Shown here in pieces: positions 33,670 through 45,870 of a stretch of 64,000 nt of DNA (within the stretch, counting starts at the first letter, position 1; each line of letters starts with the position of its first letter). This DNA comes from Plasmodiophora brassicae (lineage: Eukaryota). The stretch covers positions 1-64,000 of the forward strand of contig CP145421.1 of the NCBI GenBank assembly GCA_036867785.1. Reading direction: 5' to 3'. The notes under the pieces were generated by a model. The model saw nothing but the letters and a program-made list of their open reading frames with translations, did no database searches and was not told the origin of the DNA. The translations under genes and the position numbers were made by a program.

Positions 33670-35331
33670 TCAGCTGCGCGCGGCATGGTCGTACATGTTG
33701 CGCCGGGCGGGCGACCGCGCCGCCACCGCCGCCGCCGTCGACGTCGGTGCGGCGACGCGCTCCATGATGTAGGGCGTGCCGTCGTCGGTGAAGAAGACGT
33801 CGCCGATGCCGGGGACGGCCACGTCGTGCACGGCCCCGCCGGACGCGTCGTTGCGGTAGGCGGGCGACACTGTTCGTCGCGTGGGGCCGCCGTTCCGCAC
33901 GTCGGTCGTGGACGGCGCCGCCGCCGCCCGCGGTGGTGACGTCACATACCGGTACTCGGCGGCGTCATCGACGTTGTCGACGTCATCTTGGTCGATGGCG
34001 CTCGCCGACGTCGCGTTCGTCGCGTTGCTGGCGCCGCTGGTGCTGCTGCCAGCAGGCATCGGCGCCGGCAGTGTCTGGTTCGGCTGCAACGACGCCGGCG
34101 ACATGGCCAGGCGGCCAGGAACGATCTCGCCCAGCGGGCGCCGGTGCCGCCTCGGCTTCGACGACCGCTGCATGGTGGCCGCCGGCGTCGTCGTCGTCGT
34201 CGTGTTCGCCGCCGCCTGCTCGTCCTCGTTGCTGATGATGGGCGCCCTGACGACCGTGACGGCGTCGCCCGACGGCAAGACGACATCGTCAATGTCGCCC
34301 GGGGACGTCCCGTTCCTGGCGCCGCTGGACATGGCGTTTGACGCGTTCAGCACTGACGACGGCACCCGTCCGACGTCACTGCTGTTGCTGCTGCCGGTGG
34401 CGCTGTCGCTGCGCCCCGACACGTTCGTCGTCGCGTTCGTCGTCGCGTTCGTCGTCGCGTTCGCCGTCGCGTTCGACAACGCGAGCAGCCCTGGCGGCAC
34501 CGTCGTCGTGTCGTTGACGTGGTCGCCGCGCCGTGCCAACGCCGCCCCGTTGCCGAAGGCGACGTCCAGCAGGTCCGCCGCCGTCGGTGCCGACGACGAC
34601 GACAGCAGCGAAGACAGCAGGGACGACAGTGCGGACGCGGCGCCCTTCTTATGCACGTGCTTGCCGCTCTTGTGGTCGTTGCCTGGCGCGCCCGCCGTCG
34701 ACCGGGCGTTCGTCGTCGAGCCCGTCATCGCAGTCGTGTTGCTGCCGGACGCTGCCGGCGACAGCAACGACAGCAGCGCCGCTGGCGTGCCGCTCGTCGA
34801 CGCCCTGCCGGCCAGGCCCTGGTCCGTCTCTGGCGCGGCCGTCGTCGTCGCGTTGGCGTTGCTGACCGTTGCCATTTCGTCGTTGAACAGGTCGTGCAGG
34901 GTGGACAGCGGCCCAGGCGACGACGACGCCGCTGATGTCACCAGGTCGTCGCGCACGAGGTACATGGGCGTCTCGTTGCCCGCCAGCGTCCGGTTAACGA
35001 CGTCGGCGGCGCTCGGCCTGTGGTTGACGCCGTTGGCGACGTCGTCGCGCACGAGGTAGACCGGGGCGACGTCGGCCAGACGCGACGTCGCCGTCGCCGG
35101 TTGCTGCTGAGCGCCGCCCGGCGCCGGCGTCGTCGTCGTCGTCGTCGTCGGCTGGACATGGAATGCGAACGGCGCTTCGGTTGTTGCAGGCGGCGGCGCC
35201 GATGATGACGGCGTCACCGCGCCGCTCGTGTAGGCGGGTATGACAATGGATCCGGTGTAGGCCAGCGGGTTGCCGGTGACGGCCGCGATTAGGAGGGCGG
35301 CCGTGCCCATCAGGCGGACCGTGGCGACCAT
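33670..35331 (-). CDS. Secreted Ser/Thr/Ala-rich mucin-like protein
   Basis: Signal peptide MVATVRLMGTAALLIAAVTG; NAT repeats (N-glycosylation sequons); repeated YLVRDD; intronless. Confidence 0.75.
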   Translation of the reverse strand: MVATVRLMGTAALLIAAVTGNPLAYTGSIVIPAYTSGAVTPSSSAPPPATTEAPFAFHVQPTTTTTTTPAPGGAQQQPATATSRLADVAPVYLVRDDVANGVNHRPSAADVVNRTLAGNETPMYLVRDDLVTSAASSSPGPLSTLHDLFNDEMATVSNANATTTAAPETDQGLAGRASTSGTPAALLSLLSPAASGSNTTAMTGSTTNARSTAGAPGNDHKSGKHVHKKGAASALSSLLSSLLSSSSAPTAADLLDVAFGNGAALARRGDHVNDTTTVPPGLLALSNATANATTNATTNATTNVSGRSDSATGSSNSSDVGRVPSSVLNASNAMSSGARNGTSPGDIDDVVLPSGDAVTVVRAPIISNEDEQAAANTTTTTTPAATMQRSSKPRRHRRPLGEIVPGRLAMSPASLQPNQTLPAPMPAGSSTSGASNATNATSASAIDQDDVDNVDDAAEYRYVTSPPRAAAAPSTTDVRNGGPTRRTVSPAYRNDASGGAVHDVAVPGIGDVFFTDDGTPYIMERVAAPTSTAAAVAARSPARRNMYDHAARS

Positions 35332-35930
35332 CGTGTGTGTGTGTGTGAACGAGCGCGCGTTGGTGTTCGTGGGGATGCCCGATAGATTGTAATTGTGGTG
35401 CGGGTATCGGGCGAGGAGCAGCACAGGTGAGGTCACCGCCCGCGTCAACACTGGGCGCCCGACCTGGACCCGCGTTGCGTCAACGCCCGATGACGCACAC
35501 TGGACCAGTGTGACTCCTCCTCGGGTCGCCCCAACTGTGGTGATACCCTGTCACCTGCATGCTCGCTCCCGCCAACAGGAGCGCCGCGCGTGTTTCACCA
35601 TCTGTCGTGAACGTCGAGCCGGTCGGTTGAGTTGGCGTTCGCCGCAGCACTGGTCCAGTGTGCAACGAGAGGTAGGGCCCAAGCGCCATTGTTGTTAGGG
35701 GAAGGGGCACTCGTCGTCGTACGCTGCCCCAGGCCGTCGGAACGTGGGCGCTACGAGGACGAACGGTCCAGTCGTCGCTGTGGGCCGCAGGACATGAGTC
35801 ACACTGGGGGGTCGGGTGGTGGTAGACTGACCACCAGTCCACCACCGACGACTGTTGCACTCGCCAGATTAATTATTCATCGGGGCACCTATATTTCCTC
35901 GTGTGTATAGAGCGGTCGGCACACACCGCG

Positions 35931-38900
35931 ATGCCCTTGCGGCTAGGCATGGTCGCCGCGTTGCTGGCCGTTGCCCTGGCCAGCCGCCCAGCGGCGCCGG
36001 ACGCGGTCGCGTACGCTGCGGCGCCGCCATCCAACGACCACGACGATGAGCAGGCGATCGTCGTCGTTCATCACCCAATCAAAGAGTTCTGGATGTCGTC
36101 ATCCATGACGGCACCGCCCACTGCAGGCGACGCCACGACAGGGTCGGTCGTTCGCGAGCGAGTCGCCGAGGCGCCCGTACCCTGTGGCGACGACGACGGC
36201 ACCAACCCGACAGTCACGCTGGCCAATATCACGATGGTGGCAGCGCCTGCGGCCGACGCCACCCACCGGAACGCCTCCCCCGCGGTCGTCGTCGTCGCCG
36301 ATGCACCCGACGACATCGCGACTGCCGTCGTCACTGTCTACGCCGATGCTGGGCGCCGTCCCGCATCGATGGACGACGACAACGGGGCGACACGAGGCGC
36401 ACCGCCACCAGCGCACGACGACGACGACGTCGTGCGCTCACCGGCCAATGCCAGCAACTGTACCGATGGTGAAGGCAGCAACACGACGACCGTTGCGCTG
36501 GGCGCCCAGGTGGGGCCGCAGGGCGCCACCGGGGACACCGACCGCACCCAGCGGGGCGACGCCCAGCCAACGCACGCGCCGAACGCGACGATGACGGTCG
36601 GGACGACCGCCATCCATGATGCATCCAGAAGGGCCATCAGCGACGGCGACATCGTCAGCGAAAGCGCCAGCGAACGATCGGGGATCCGGTCGGATCCGGA
36701 CGCTGTCCAGGTCGTCGACAATCATGTCGCCCGGATGGCCCTGCCAGCGAACTTGTCGGCCGACAGTCGACGACAAATATCAGGGAACCAAGGGAGTACG
36801 TCGACATCATCGTCGTCGTCGTCGTCGTCGAGCGGCAGTGCCCCGGTCAACCGCGACGACATGGTCGGTGACAGAAGTGCCGAGGCCGGCGGCGTATCGC
36901 AGGCGTCGACAGCGGCACCTTCCTCGACATCAATTGGTGAACACCAATCCGCCAGGTCTGATGTCGGGCAACAAGCCTTGTCCGACGGTCTTCGTACGCC
37001 GACGGCGTTGTCGTCCACGACGTCACCAGGTCGTCGGGATGAGGGTGAGCCGTCCCCGTCGTCGTCGTCGATGTCGTCGTCGTCGGCGTCGACGCGTACA
37101 GCGAAGGACGACGGACGCCCCGGCGGAGCATTGCCGGACAACGCCCGGCACGTTCCCGATGACGACGTCGTTCAGAGCGGCGCGCCGGCTCCGGCAACAC
37201 GAGGTGAACCGTCACCCTCTGCAGAACGGCCACGGGATCGACAGGAGCAGGAGGAGCAGCAGCAGCAGCAGCAGCAGGACGAGGAGCGCCGCATCCAAGC
37301 AGACGGGCACATCGACGGTACGTCATCATCAGCGTCGGGCACATCGCGTGGGCCGGCGCCTTCGCCAGGACACCAGGGCAGCGGCCCACGTCCGCATCCG
37401 TCCGGGGACGTCACGAGTCGCCACCGCTCGACATCCGCCCCCGACCTGCCGTCGTCCGCCCTCCATAGTGACAGCGAGCCGGACGACAGCGGGCGCAGGC
37501 CCGATCCATCGCCCGACGACGACGACAACGACAATGCCACAGGGCAGTCGTCTTCGTCGTCGTCGTCGTTAAGCGGGCGTCATCGTGACGTTGGTGGTCG
37601 CGCCCCCGAGCCGGACGGAACAGGACGCCGACGCCGACCCGCCGACCACCAGACAGACCGCCACGAGCAGCGTCCAGCGCCAGAGCGGTCGTCGATCCCG
37701 ACTGGCGACGACGACGACGAAGACGACCAACGGCGCAGGGCACGGCCAAGCGCGACGACGATGACGTCGGTGCCCCGTGGAGACCCGTCCAGCAGGGAAC
37801 GTGGTGGACGACCCGGCCCGTGGACGTCACCGCGCTCCATGAACGACGACACCGACCCTAGGGGCGGGGACGTCGACGCCGAGCCAGTCACGTCCGGGCG
37901 TCATCGTTCACATCGTCGTCCGCAACCATCGTCGTGGGAGCGCAGCGACACCGACCCGGGACAGGACGGCGCTGACGACGACCCGCGGCCTGAGGACCAG
38001 GAACGACCCGAGGCCGAGGCCCAACCGGCAGCGGACGCGCGCCCTCGTGTCGCGAATGCGGGTCCCCAATCGGCGACGACGACGCCGTCACCGGAAGGCA
38101 AGGCGGGCCCCCGTCATGGCGGTTCCGCCCCACCTGCAACGGACCCGTTGCTGGGAACGACGTCGTCGTCGTCGTCACCCGACGACAACGCGAACGGTCG
38201 CCCGGAAGGCCCCGAGGCACGTACGCGACCAGTTGAAGGCGACGCGCCGGCCGCCATGATGCGCGCGCCAGCTGACGACGTCGGCGATGCGCTGCCCGCC
38301 CGAAACGTACCGCCTGTGCGCGATGCGGCGAACGCCCGACCTGGGCCTGGGCCTGGCAGAAGGCTTGGCACACCTGGACGGGAGGCAGCTCTGCCTGGAA
38401 CGGGTGCGGCGCGCCCTGCCGGCGCCAGGGCGTCGAATCCCGGTGCGAACGCCGATGGTCGTGAACCGGAGGCGGACGCCGACCCTGGAACGGACGCGCG
38501 GCCGGGACCGCAGGTGGACCCGGACAGCGATGCGCTCCCGGCGACCAAGGCGTCTTCGACGGACGGTGGGGACCGTCAACGGGACACCCACGCTGGAAGG
38601 GGAGACGCGCGCCCAGGAGCGAACGCGAACCCAGTCGACGCGACCAACGCAGGCCCTGACTCCCATGCGCTGCCTGGAGCCAGGGCCCGCCCTGATCAAC
38701 CGAACGCACCTCCTGCAGAGAACGCAAACCCGGAAGCCAATGCAAACCCGGGAGCGAATGCGAACCCTGAGGCGAACGCGGACCCGGAAGCCAATGCGAA
38801 GCCGGGAGCGAACGCGAACCCTGAAGTGAACGTGGACCCTGAAATGGACGCGAACCCTGAAATGGACGCAAACCCTGAAATGGACGTGAACCCTGAAGCG

Positions 38901-40142
38901 AAAGCACATCCGGCAAACAACACGAACCCGGAGGGCAATGCTCACCCGGGAGCCAATGCAAACCCGGGAGCGAACGCGAGCCCTGAAGCGGTGGCGAGCC
39001 CGGAAACCAATGCTAACCCGGAAGCCAAAGGGAACCCGGAAGCGAGCGCACACCCTGCAAGGAACGCGAACCCGGAAGCCAACGCGGACCCGGAAACCAA
39101 TGCGAACCCGGAAGCCAATGCGGACCCGGAAGCCAATGCGCACCCGGAAGCGAGCGCACGTCCTGCAATGAACGCGAACCCGGAAGCCAATGCAAACCCG
39201 GAAGCTAATGCAAACCCGGAAGCGAGCGCACGCCCTGCAAAGAACGCAGACCCGGAAGCCAATGCGAACCCGGAAACCAAGGCCAACCCGGACGCCAATG
39301 CGAACCCGGAAGCGAGCGCACGCCCTGCAAAGAACGCGAATCCGGAAGCGAGCGCACGCCCTGCAAAGAACGCGAACCCGGAAGCCAATGCGAACCCGGA
39401 AACCAATGCGAACCCGGAAGCCAATGCGAACCCGGAAGCCAATGCCAGCCCGGAAGCCAATGCCAACCCGGAAGCCAATGCCAACCCGGAAGCCAATGCT
39501 AACCCGGGAGTGAGCGCAAACCCGGAAGCCAATGCGAACCCAGAAGCGAACGCAGATCCTGCAGTGAACGCGAACCCGGAAGCCAACGCGAACCCGGGGC
39601 GGGGCGCGAACCCGGAAGTGCACGCCCTGCCTGAACGGGAACGGGATGCGCTTCCAGCCGCGGGATGGCCCGATCAGCTGGTCGACGCCCATCCTGTGCT
39701 GGAGTCGAACGCGTCGCCGGTCGGCCACGACCACGTCCAGGTGCCGTACGTGGACGCGATCCCGACGACGGACCTAACGGACGAGGAACGCGCCCAGGTC
39801 GTCGACCTTCGCCGCCGGGCGCACCCGGGCACGCCCGGCCACCACCTCCACAGCAGCAATGGCGTCGTCGTGGCGGGGCAGCGCCCCCCAGCAGTGGCAA
39901 TCGTCCAACCCGTTAACATCCTGGCGCAGCGCCCCAGGCGACGCCATGGCAACCTGGACCTGCCCGACAATGCCGGCGGCGGCGCGTCGTTCGCCGCCAG
40001 ACGACCCGGGGCGCACGCGAACATGGCGTCCCTGAACGAACGCGTGCGCCAGCTGCGCCTGGACACGCGCCGACAGCAGGCCGACGCCGCCCAGGTCAAG
40101 AGCGCGCTCCAGGGTGTCGAACGCCCCGGCCCGCCCGCGTAA
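35931..40142 (+). CDS. Large secreted low-complexity protein with an (ANANPE)n repeat domain
   Basis: Signal peptide MPLRLGMVAALLAVALA; about 1400-aa open frame; hexapeptide repeat block; C-terminal coiled coil. Confidence 0.85.
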   Translation: MPLRLGMVAALLAVALASRPAAPDAVAYAAAPPSNDHDDEQAIVVVHHPIKEFWMSSSMTAPPTAGDATTGSVVRERVAEAPVPCGDDDGTNPTVTLANITMVAAPAADATHRNASPAVVVVADAPDDIATAVVTVYADAGRRPASMDDDNGATRGAPPPAHDDDDVVRSPANASNCTDGEGSNTTTVALGAQVGPQGATGDTDRTQRGDAQPTHAPNATMTVGTTAIHDASRRAISDGDIVSESASERSGIRSDPDAVQVVDNHVARMALPANLSADSRRQISGNQGSTSTSSSSSSSSSGSAPVNRDDMVGDRSAEAGGVSQASTAAPSSTSIGEHQSARSDVGQQALSDGLRTPTALSSTTSPGRRDEGEPSPSSSSMSSSSASTRTAKDDGRPGGALPDNARHVPDDDVVQSGAPAPATRGEPSPSAERPRDRQEQEEQQQQQQQDEERRIQADGHIDGTSSSASGTSRGPAPSPGHQGSGPRPHPSGDVTSRHRSTSAPDLPSSALHSDSEPDDSGRRPDPSPDDDDNDNATGQSSSSSSSLSGRHRDVGGRAPEPDGTGRRRRPADHQTDRHEQRPAPERSSIPTGDDDDEDDQRRRARPSATTMTSVPRGDPSSRERGGRPGPWTSPRSMNDDTDPRGGDVDAEPVTSGRHRSHRRPQPSSWERSDTDPGQDGADDDPRPEDQERPEAEAQPAADARPRVANAGPQSATTTPSPEGKAGPRHGGSAPPATDPLLGTTSSSSSPDDNANGRPEGPEARTRPVEGDAPAAMMRAPADDVGDALPARNVPPVRDAANARPGPGPGRRLGTPGREAALPGTGAARPAGARASNPGANADGREPEADADPGTDARPGPQVDPDSDALPATKASSTDGGDRQRDTHAGRGDARPGANANPVDATNAGPDSHALPGARARPDQPNAPPAENANPEANANPGANANPEANADPEANAKPGANANPEVNVDPEMDANPEMDANPEMDVNPEAKAHPANNTNPEGNAHPGANANPGANASPEAVASPETNANPEAKGNPEASAHPARNANPEANADPETNANPEANADPEANAHPEASARPAMNANPEANANPEANANPEASARPAKNADPEANANPETKANPDANANPEASARPAKNANPEASARPAKNANPEANANPETNANPEANANPEANASPEANANPEANANPEANANPGVSANPEANANPEANADPAVNANPEANANPGRGANPEVHALPERERDALPAAGWPDQLVDAHPVLESNASPVGHDHVQVPYVDAIPTTDLTDEERAQVVDLRRRAHPGTPGHHLHSSNGVVVAGQRPPAVAIVQPVNILAQRPRRRHGNLDLPDNAGGGASFAARRPGAHANMASLNERVRQLRLDTRRQQADAAQVKSALQGVERPGPPA
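38720..39620 (+). repeat. Coding 18-bp tandem repeat (aacccggaagccaatgcg variants)
   Basis: About 50 in-frame NPEANA-type units. Confidence 0.95.
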
Positions 40143-40199
40143 TACACATCCATGCATTCATTTGGCATAACGGAGGGAGGGGGCAACGACGCGCGCGTG

Positions 40200-40850
40200 C
40201 TATCGTATGAGGCGGTTGATCACGACAGCGACGTTGAGGCCGTTCCAGGACAGCGGCATCGTCGGTTCGAACCGGCTGTAGTCGTCTATGGGGACGCGCA
40301 CCACCCAGCAGCGCCCGACGTCGACGTCCAGGGTGACCTTGGGCAGGCGGTCGAACCGGGCGCGCTCCTCGTCCGTGTAGCGGTCCCAGAACAGGGAGTC
40401 GCGCGGCGGGATCCACTCGACAGACACCCAGATGCGGCGGACGTCGGTCACCGGCAACCGGTGCCGCATGCCCCAGATGAGGATGGCGTGCCAGTCCGAG
40501 TCGTGCGTGAAGTACCCATTGACGATGCGGACGCCGGTGGGCGGCGCCGTCCTGCAACGCATCGCGCCTCCTACTTCAACTACCGCCAGCGCATCCAATA
40601 CCTGAATGACGTTAAACGGGGGAGGGAGACTGGTACACTTACGCCGTAGCCTCCGACGCGCGCAGTCCGTGTCGACTGCGCGCGCGCTCCTCGCACAATT
40701 GGAAAGTGCGCCCGTGGCGCCGTGTATTGGGGGGGCACCACTCCCACCCAACAACACAGTCGCAGGACCCCGTGCCGCACCGGCGCGTACGCGCCTCGGG
40801 CACACCTACACAGGGCGGCAGACGGGCAGATATTATCCGACGCGAGCATC
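40200..40850 (-). CDS. Hypothetical protein (5' exons uncertain)
   Basis: Terminal exon VLDALAVVEV...WIPPRDSLFWDRY...VINRLIR* with GC3 bias and a cattcag acceptor. Confidence 0.45.
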
Positions 40851-40901
40851 AGCGAGGCACGCGACCAGTCTGCCCGCCTGAATTGGCCTGATCGCCCGCC
40901 A

Positions 40902-41608
40902 ATGTCCAGCGTCAAGGCGACGACGCAGGGCGGTCGTCGACGTCGGCCCCGATCGGCGTCGCCGACGCGTCAGGTACGAAGGTGTGCCTCGAAAGGGCAG
41001 GCGTCCCCTGATCGTGGCACAATGCGGGGTATGTAGAGTCGTCGTCGATGGCAGGTGTCCCGTGTCCGGCATTCGCCGGCCGAGATCCGATACGTCTCCG
41101 AGAACGAGGTCCCCGCGCCGAAGGCGACGCGCAACGCCACGTACGTATTGGCAGGCGCCTCGGCGTCGGGCGCGATCCCCCGACCCTGGTTGCCGAACCG
41201 GCGCAAGATCGTGCACGAACCCGTCCGGTACCCGATCACGGCCACGTTGCAGGCGCGGCCGGCGCCCGGCCACGACGACGACAAACCCATCTGGCGGCCG
41301 ACGAACCCGAACTCCAGAAGGTACGGGGAGAGAGGCCGGCAACCCGATGCAGATTAGGTGAGCGCTGTTGGGCGACGTACAGGCCGTACAACGTCAGGGA
41401 GCTCGAGTCGAACTTCAAGTTCGAGCTCGAAGCGCCCAGCAGCAGGCAGCGGTTGCGGCGGGCCGCCAAGCGGAGCAGGTCGCGGCCTGTGTTGAACGGG
41501 CCCTGGATCCCGAGCGACGTGCGCTACTCGAAGGGCGTCGGCTGGGGGACCATCAACCCGTTCCCGCCGTACGACCCGTACGAGGTGGCCGATTCCTCCT
41601 CCGCCTGA
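40902..41608 (+). CDS. Hypothetical Pro-rich protein, 3 exons; possibly a ciliary microtubule-associated protein
   Basis: MSSVKATTQGG..RQ|VSRVRHSP..NSRR|PYNVRELE..GWGTINPFPPYDPY with in-phase GT-AG junctions; the function guess is weak. Confidence 0.55.
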
Positions 41609-41645
41609 ATATACACACGCGGCAGCGCGCCTGCCGGCGACTTCA

Positions 41646-42486
41646 TTACTTCGCGGGCGTGCGACACGCCATGAACTTGGGGACCGGGCGCGCCTGACCA
41701 CACACGCGGGTTCGTTCAGCGCAGGCGTCGGCACAAACGGGCAGACAGATCAGCGACCGCTGACCTTGAACATGTTCCTGTCCAGGTCGTCCAGCAGCTC
41801 CGCCTCCTTCGCCTTCTACACCACACTCAGACAAACGGCCCGCACAGACGCGTGCGACCGACCCGTTCGTCGCGCTCCTGCTTCAGCCGCTCCTGCTCAG
41901 CCTGCTGCCGTCGCGCCATGCGCTCCGACGCGGCCGCCTTCCGCGACGCCATCATCGCGTCGCATCGCAAATGAAACGGTGCCTGTCGGAGGTGGCGCGC
42001 GCACGTCAGCGACCGGCACGCAGCGCCTAGACGGGCGCGTACCGGGACGGTCGCGTTCAGCGTCTTCGCGCTGCCGTCGCTGCGACGCCGGTTCGCGTCG
42101 CCGCCCTGCCGACCAATGTTCTCCTTCGACAGCGTGGTGGCCGCCGCCGCCGACGACGACGACGCGCGCCGCTTGACGAACGTCGGCAGCGGACGCGCTC
42201 GGAAGCTGGGCGGCGGCGGCGGCGCCAGGTCGTCACCCGCGTGCGTCGCCTTCTTCGCCGCCCGGCTGCGCCGCAGCGCCATCGGCGACACCGACCTGGG
42301 CACCGGCAATCTCAGAACGATGCGGCGGCGCGACCGCACGGGACGACCGCCTGACCGGGTCGGCTGGAACGACGACTCCTCGAGCTTGAACGGCGCGTAC
42401 AGCCCGCGACTGACGGGCCGGGCGCGGAACGCCCCGCCCCGCCCCGCCTGATCCGCACCCGCGGACGACGACGTCGCGCTCGGCAT
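41646..42486 (-). CDS. TPX2 C-terminal-domain-like microtubule-binding protein
   Basis: FRARP (twice), TVP|APFHLRCD, charged coiled coil, FK|ARPVPKF after splicing three short introns. Confidence 0.65.
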
Positions 42487-43049
42487 GCCGACACGCGATC
42501 GCTGCCGCGACGACGACGACGACCCGCCCGATTCGGAAACGACGACGCGCGAACGACGCGAAGCACGTTCAGACCGGGGCGATGCTGCGGGCGGCGCGTG
42601 CAATACACAGCGCAGCGTCGGCGGCAGCGAACCACAAAAATTGGCGCCGCCCGCGGATCTCGGAACGTGAAAGGGTATAGTCGAACAGCAGCACGCACGC
42701 GTCGCACCCATGCGGAAACTTGACGCCGGTAGGTCTGGACGCCACTCCAATAATCGACTCCAAGAGAGTCGCCTCGGCTCAAACCGTCGCCACCGCTACA
42801 TAGGCCCGTGCGCTCACGTTTGGCGCTATATTGTACGCCCTGCTGGCATTGTCCCCCGGCGCAGGGGGGGTCGAAGTACAGTAGGTAGTTGCGTCCAAAT
42901 ATACCCCCTCCCCCCAGTCACCTGGGGAAGTCCGTCCGTGGTAGCCGCCTTCGCGGACGGGGTTCAGATCGCGCTGGTGCCGCCCCCCTCGGACTCATTT
43001 CGCAAACTGGGCTGTCCGGGACGTACGACGTGGGTACTGCACGTTAGCG

Positions 43050-45200
43050 ATGGGGCGTGTCCTGTGGTGGATGGCGTCGGTCGTCGGCGCCTGCCTTCTG
43101 GCTGGGCTGATCGGGCGAGGTGATGGGCACCCGTCGCCGGACAGTCCTAGGGTTGCGATGCGCCAGGTCCTGGAGGAGAAGATACCGGCGGCGAGCCTCG
43201 GCGCCCTTGATGACTGGTCGATCCCCGAGGACATCAAGCAGCACCCGTTCTTCGTCGAGGTCAAGACGTCCATGGCCGGTACGCTGGCGTTGTTCACGGA
43301 TGCCCAGCTGTCTGCGCGTGTGCTCATCAGGTCGCTGCAGATGCGCTCAGGGAGCTGGACGAGCGCCTGCAACGCCACGACGGCACGCGTCTGATCACGC
43401 CGATGCCGCTGCGGAAATGGATCGGGCGTACGATTTCGCCGGGCACGATGGGCGTCTGGAATTACAACGGCTGCCCCCAGGTGGCCCTGCAGCCCGGCCG
43501 ATACGCGAACTTGTACGTGCATGACGCCACGTCGCATGGGACACCGGCCTGCCTATATTGACGTGTGGGCGAACAGCAACCCACAACGCCGCTGGTCGAG
43601 CGTGGTCAGCTACACGGACTCGTTCTCGTGCCTGGGCGTGACGGGCGCTCAGGCCGGACAGTCGGAGGCCCTGGTCGTCCTCGACCCGCAGGTAGGACGA
43701 TCGCCCCGCGGACCGTCATGGCATTAACCGTGTCCCAGAACCGGGTGTTCATCATTCGGAATGGCGGATTCGTCGCGTATGCCATCCAGGTGCGCAACGG
43801 TGCCGCCGGATGCTGCACGACGTCGTTTGGCTGGCTCTGACCCTTGGTGTGTGGGCGGTAGGGTCGGTTCCTCGTCCTGGCCGTTGTCGACACGCTGAAC
43901 CTGGGCGACGATGCCATCGTCTCTGAGGCCGGCACCAGGCGCATCCTGGGCTGGAAGAAGGAGATCAAGAACCGTATCGGCAACAACGAGTACACGGTCG
44001 CCACGTTCTTCAATGTACGTCGCTCCGTCGGACGGCTCTGCACTTGCGGGTTCGGCTGACGGCACTTACCTTGCCTGTGCACGTCAGATCCCTGCGAACA
44101 ACGTCGCCGTCATGCAGTCCGGGGACCGTCTCATCACGCTTAAGGCTGGCCAGCACGTCAACACGAGGACGGACGTGACGTTCCGCGGGTTCTTCTCGCT
44201 CGGCGAACGGCAGCTGTCCTTCAAGACGCAGCCGACGTACACGGTGGAGGGCGTCCCCGTCGTCCTCGATGTCGTCCTGCGCTACCGCATCACCGACCCG
44301 GAGGCGCTCACCAAGAACTACGACAGCGTGGAGCAGGCGCTGAAATCGCCCTGCCAGTACGTCGTCAACAAGGCCGTCTCGCACATGTCCTACCAGCAGT
44401 TCATGAAGGTCAGCAAGCTGACAACGCAGGCGGTGGCCGGATCGTCGGCGTCTGTCGGTGCCATCGTTCCGGCCTACGCGCCGTCATCCGACCTGTCGTG
44501 GCTGGCGGTATTCCAGGAGACCTGCCTGGACGAGCTGGCGGGTCTCGCGGAGACGTACGGGATCAAGGTGGAGTCGTTCGATGTGCTGGACCGGAATCTG
44601 GACGGCGTCCTGGGCAAGAAGCTGGCCAGCCAGAGCGAGGAGGTCCTGAAGAACCAGCTGGAGGCGACGCAGGTCGCGCTGAAGACGCAGATCGCCACCG
44701 AGACCGAGAGGGGCCATCTGGCCGTCGCCGAGATCAACAAGCAGCAGACGCAGACGAAGGCGGAGGCGGCCAAGATCGAGGCGACCACCAAGGCCGATGC
44801 CGAGTTCTACAAGGCGATGAAGGAGGCCGAAGCGAAGAAGTTCCTGATGGAGAAGGAGGCGGAAGGCAAGGCGGAGGCGGTTCGTAAGGAGGCGGGCGCC
44901 GAGGCTGAGAAGATCAGGCAACTGGGCGACGCTCAGGCCGCCGCTATCAAAGCGGTGGCCTGGGCGCGTAACGAGGCCAGCACAGAGCACGCCCAGACGA
45001 TGCAGCGCCTGGAGGAGTACGCCAAGATCACGGCGGCCCTGCCCGAGTCGACGATCCTGTTCGCCGGCGGCGGTGATGCGTCCGGGGATCTCGCCGCCAA
45101 CAAGGTCCTGGCGCAGACCGCCTCGAACGTCATCACCGGCATGTCCATCCAGAAAGGTGTCGCGATGGGGGCCGACCGATCATGCGACAATCGCCAATGA
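43050..45200 (+). CDS. SPFH/Band-7 domain protein (multi-exon; start 43050 or 43158)
   Basis: TVEGVPVVLDVVLRYRITDP, YGIKVESFDVLD, EA-rich coiled coil (AEGKAEAVRKEAGAEAEKI). Confidence 0.85.
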
Positions 45201-45870
45201 CCGATCCAGCAACGCGTCGTGAACGGCGCCGACGTCGCTGTCAACACTTTCCAATTGTCCAGTGTATCATGAAACGGGTCGGTTGCTCTGTACGCTTCGT
45301 TCTCCGCACCCAGCTAGCATGATGCAATGATGGCCGATGTCGACCGGGCGGCGGAAGGGCAGCGACGTCTCCCGACGTCGACGTGCGTTTCGACGCGATC
45401 GGAGGTCCCCGACAGGGGAGGTCCAGCTGGACGATTCCCGAGGAAGTCAAGGCGTACCCGCTGCTTGTTGAAAGCGACATCCATGACGGATAATTTGCAT
45501 TTCGGCATGGGTGGTTTAGGGCCTAACGGAACGCTCAATGGCTCTGAGGATGTCGTTGCGCAGGTGCGCTCGAAGAGATGGACCGGCGGCGCCATCGGAG
45601 GCATGGGTTCCTTTTGATCGCGCGCGAGACCGGCCAGCTGGCGTCGATGAGCCCGTTTGGGCTCGTCGTCGCGCGGGCGCAGATGGGCGTCTGGGAACTG
45701 TAAAAATCTCCTTCGAATGGCTCTGGGACCGGGGCGGTTTGCCATTATGCGAGTACTGGCCACCGTGCTTCATGGCCCCTCCTCAAGATAGCGTCCCTCT
45801 TCGTGTTGTGATCTTGGAGCTGGCATGAATGGCATCTTGTCATACGGAATACTCCCAGTTGCACTCTTCC

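Noticed and set aside
38175-39734. Minus-strand ORFs with GFRVRI or ASGFAL repeats
   Set aside because: Reverse-frame readings of the ANANPE coding repeat
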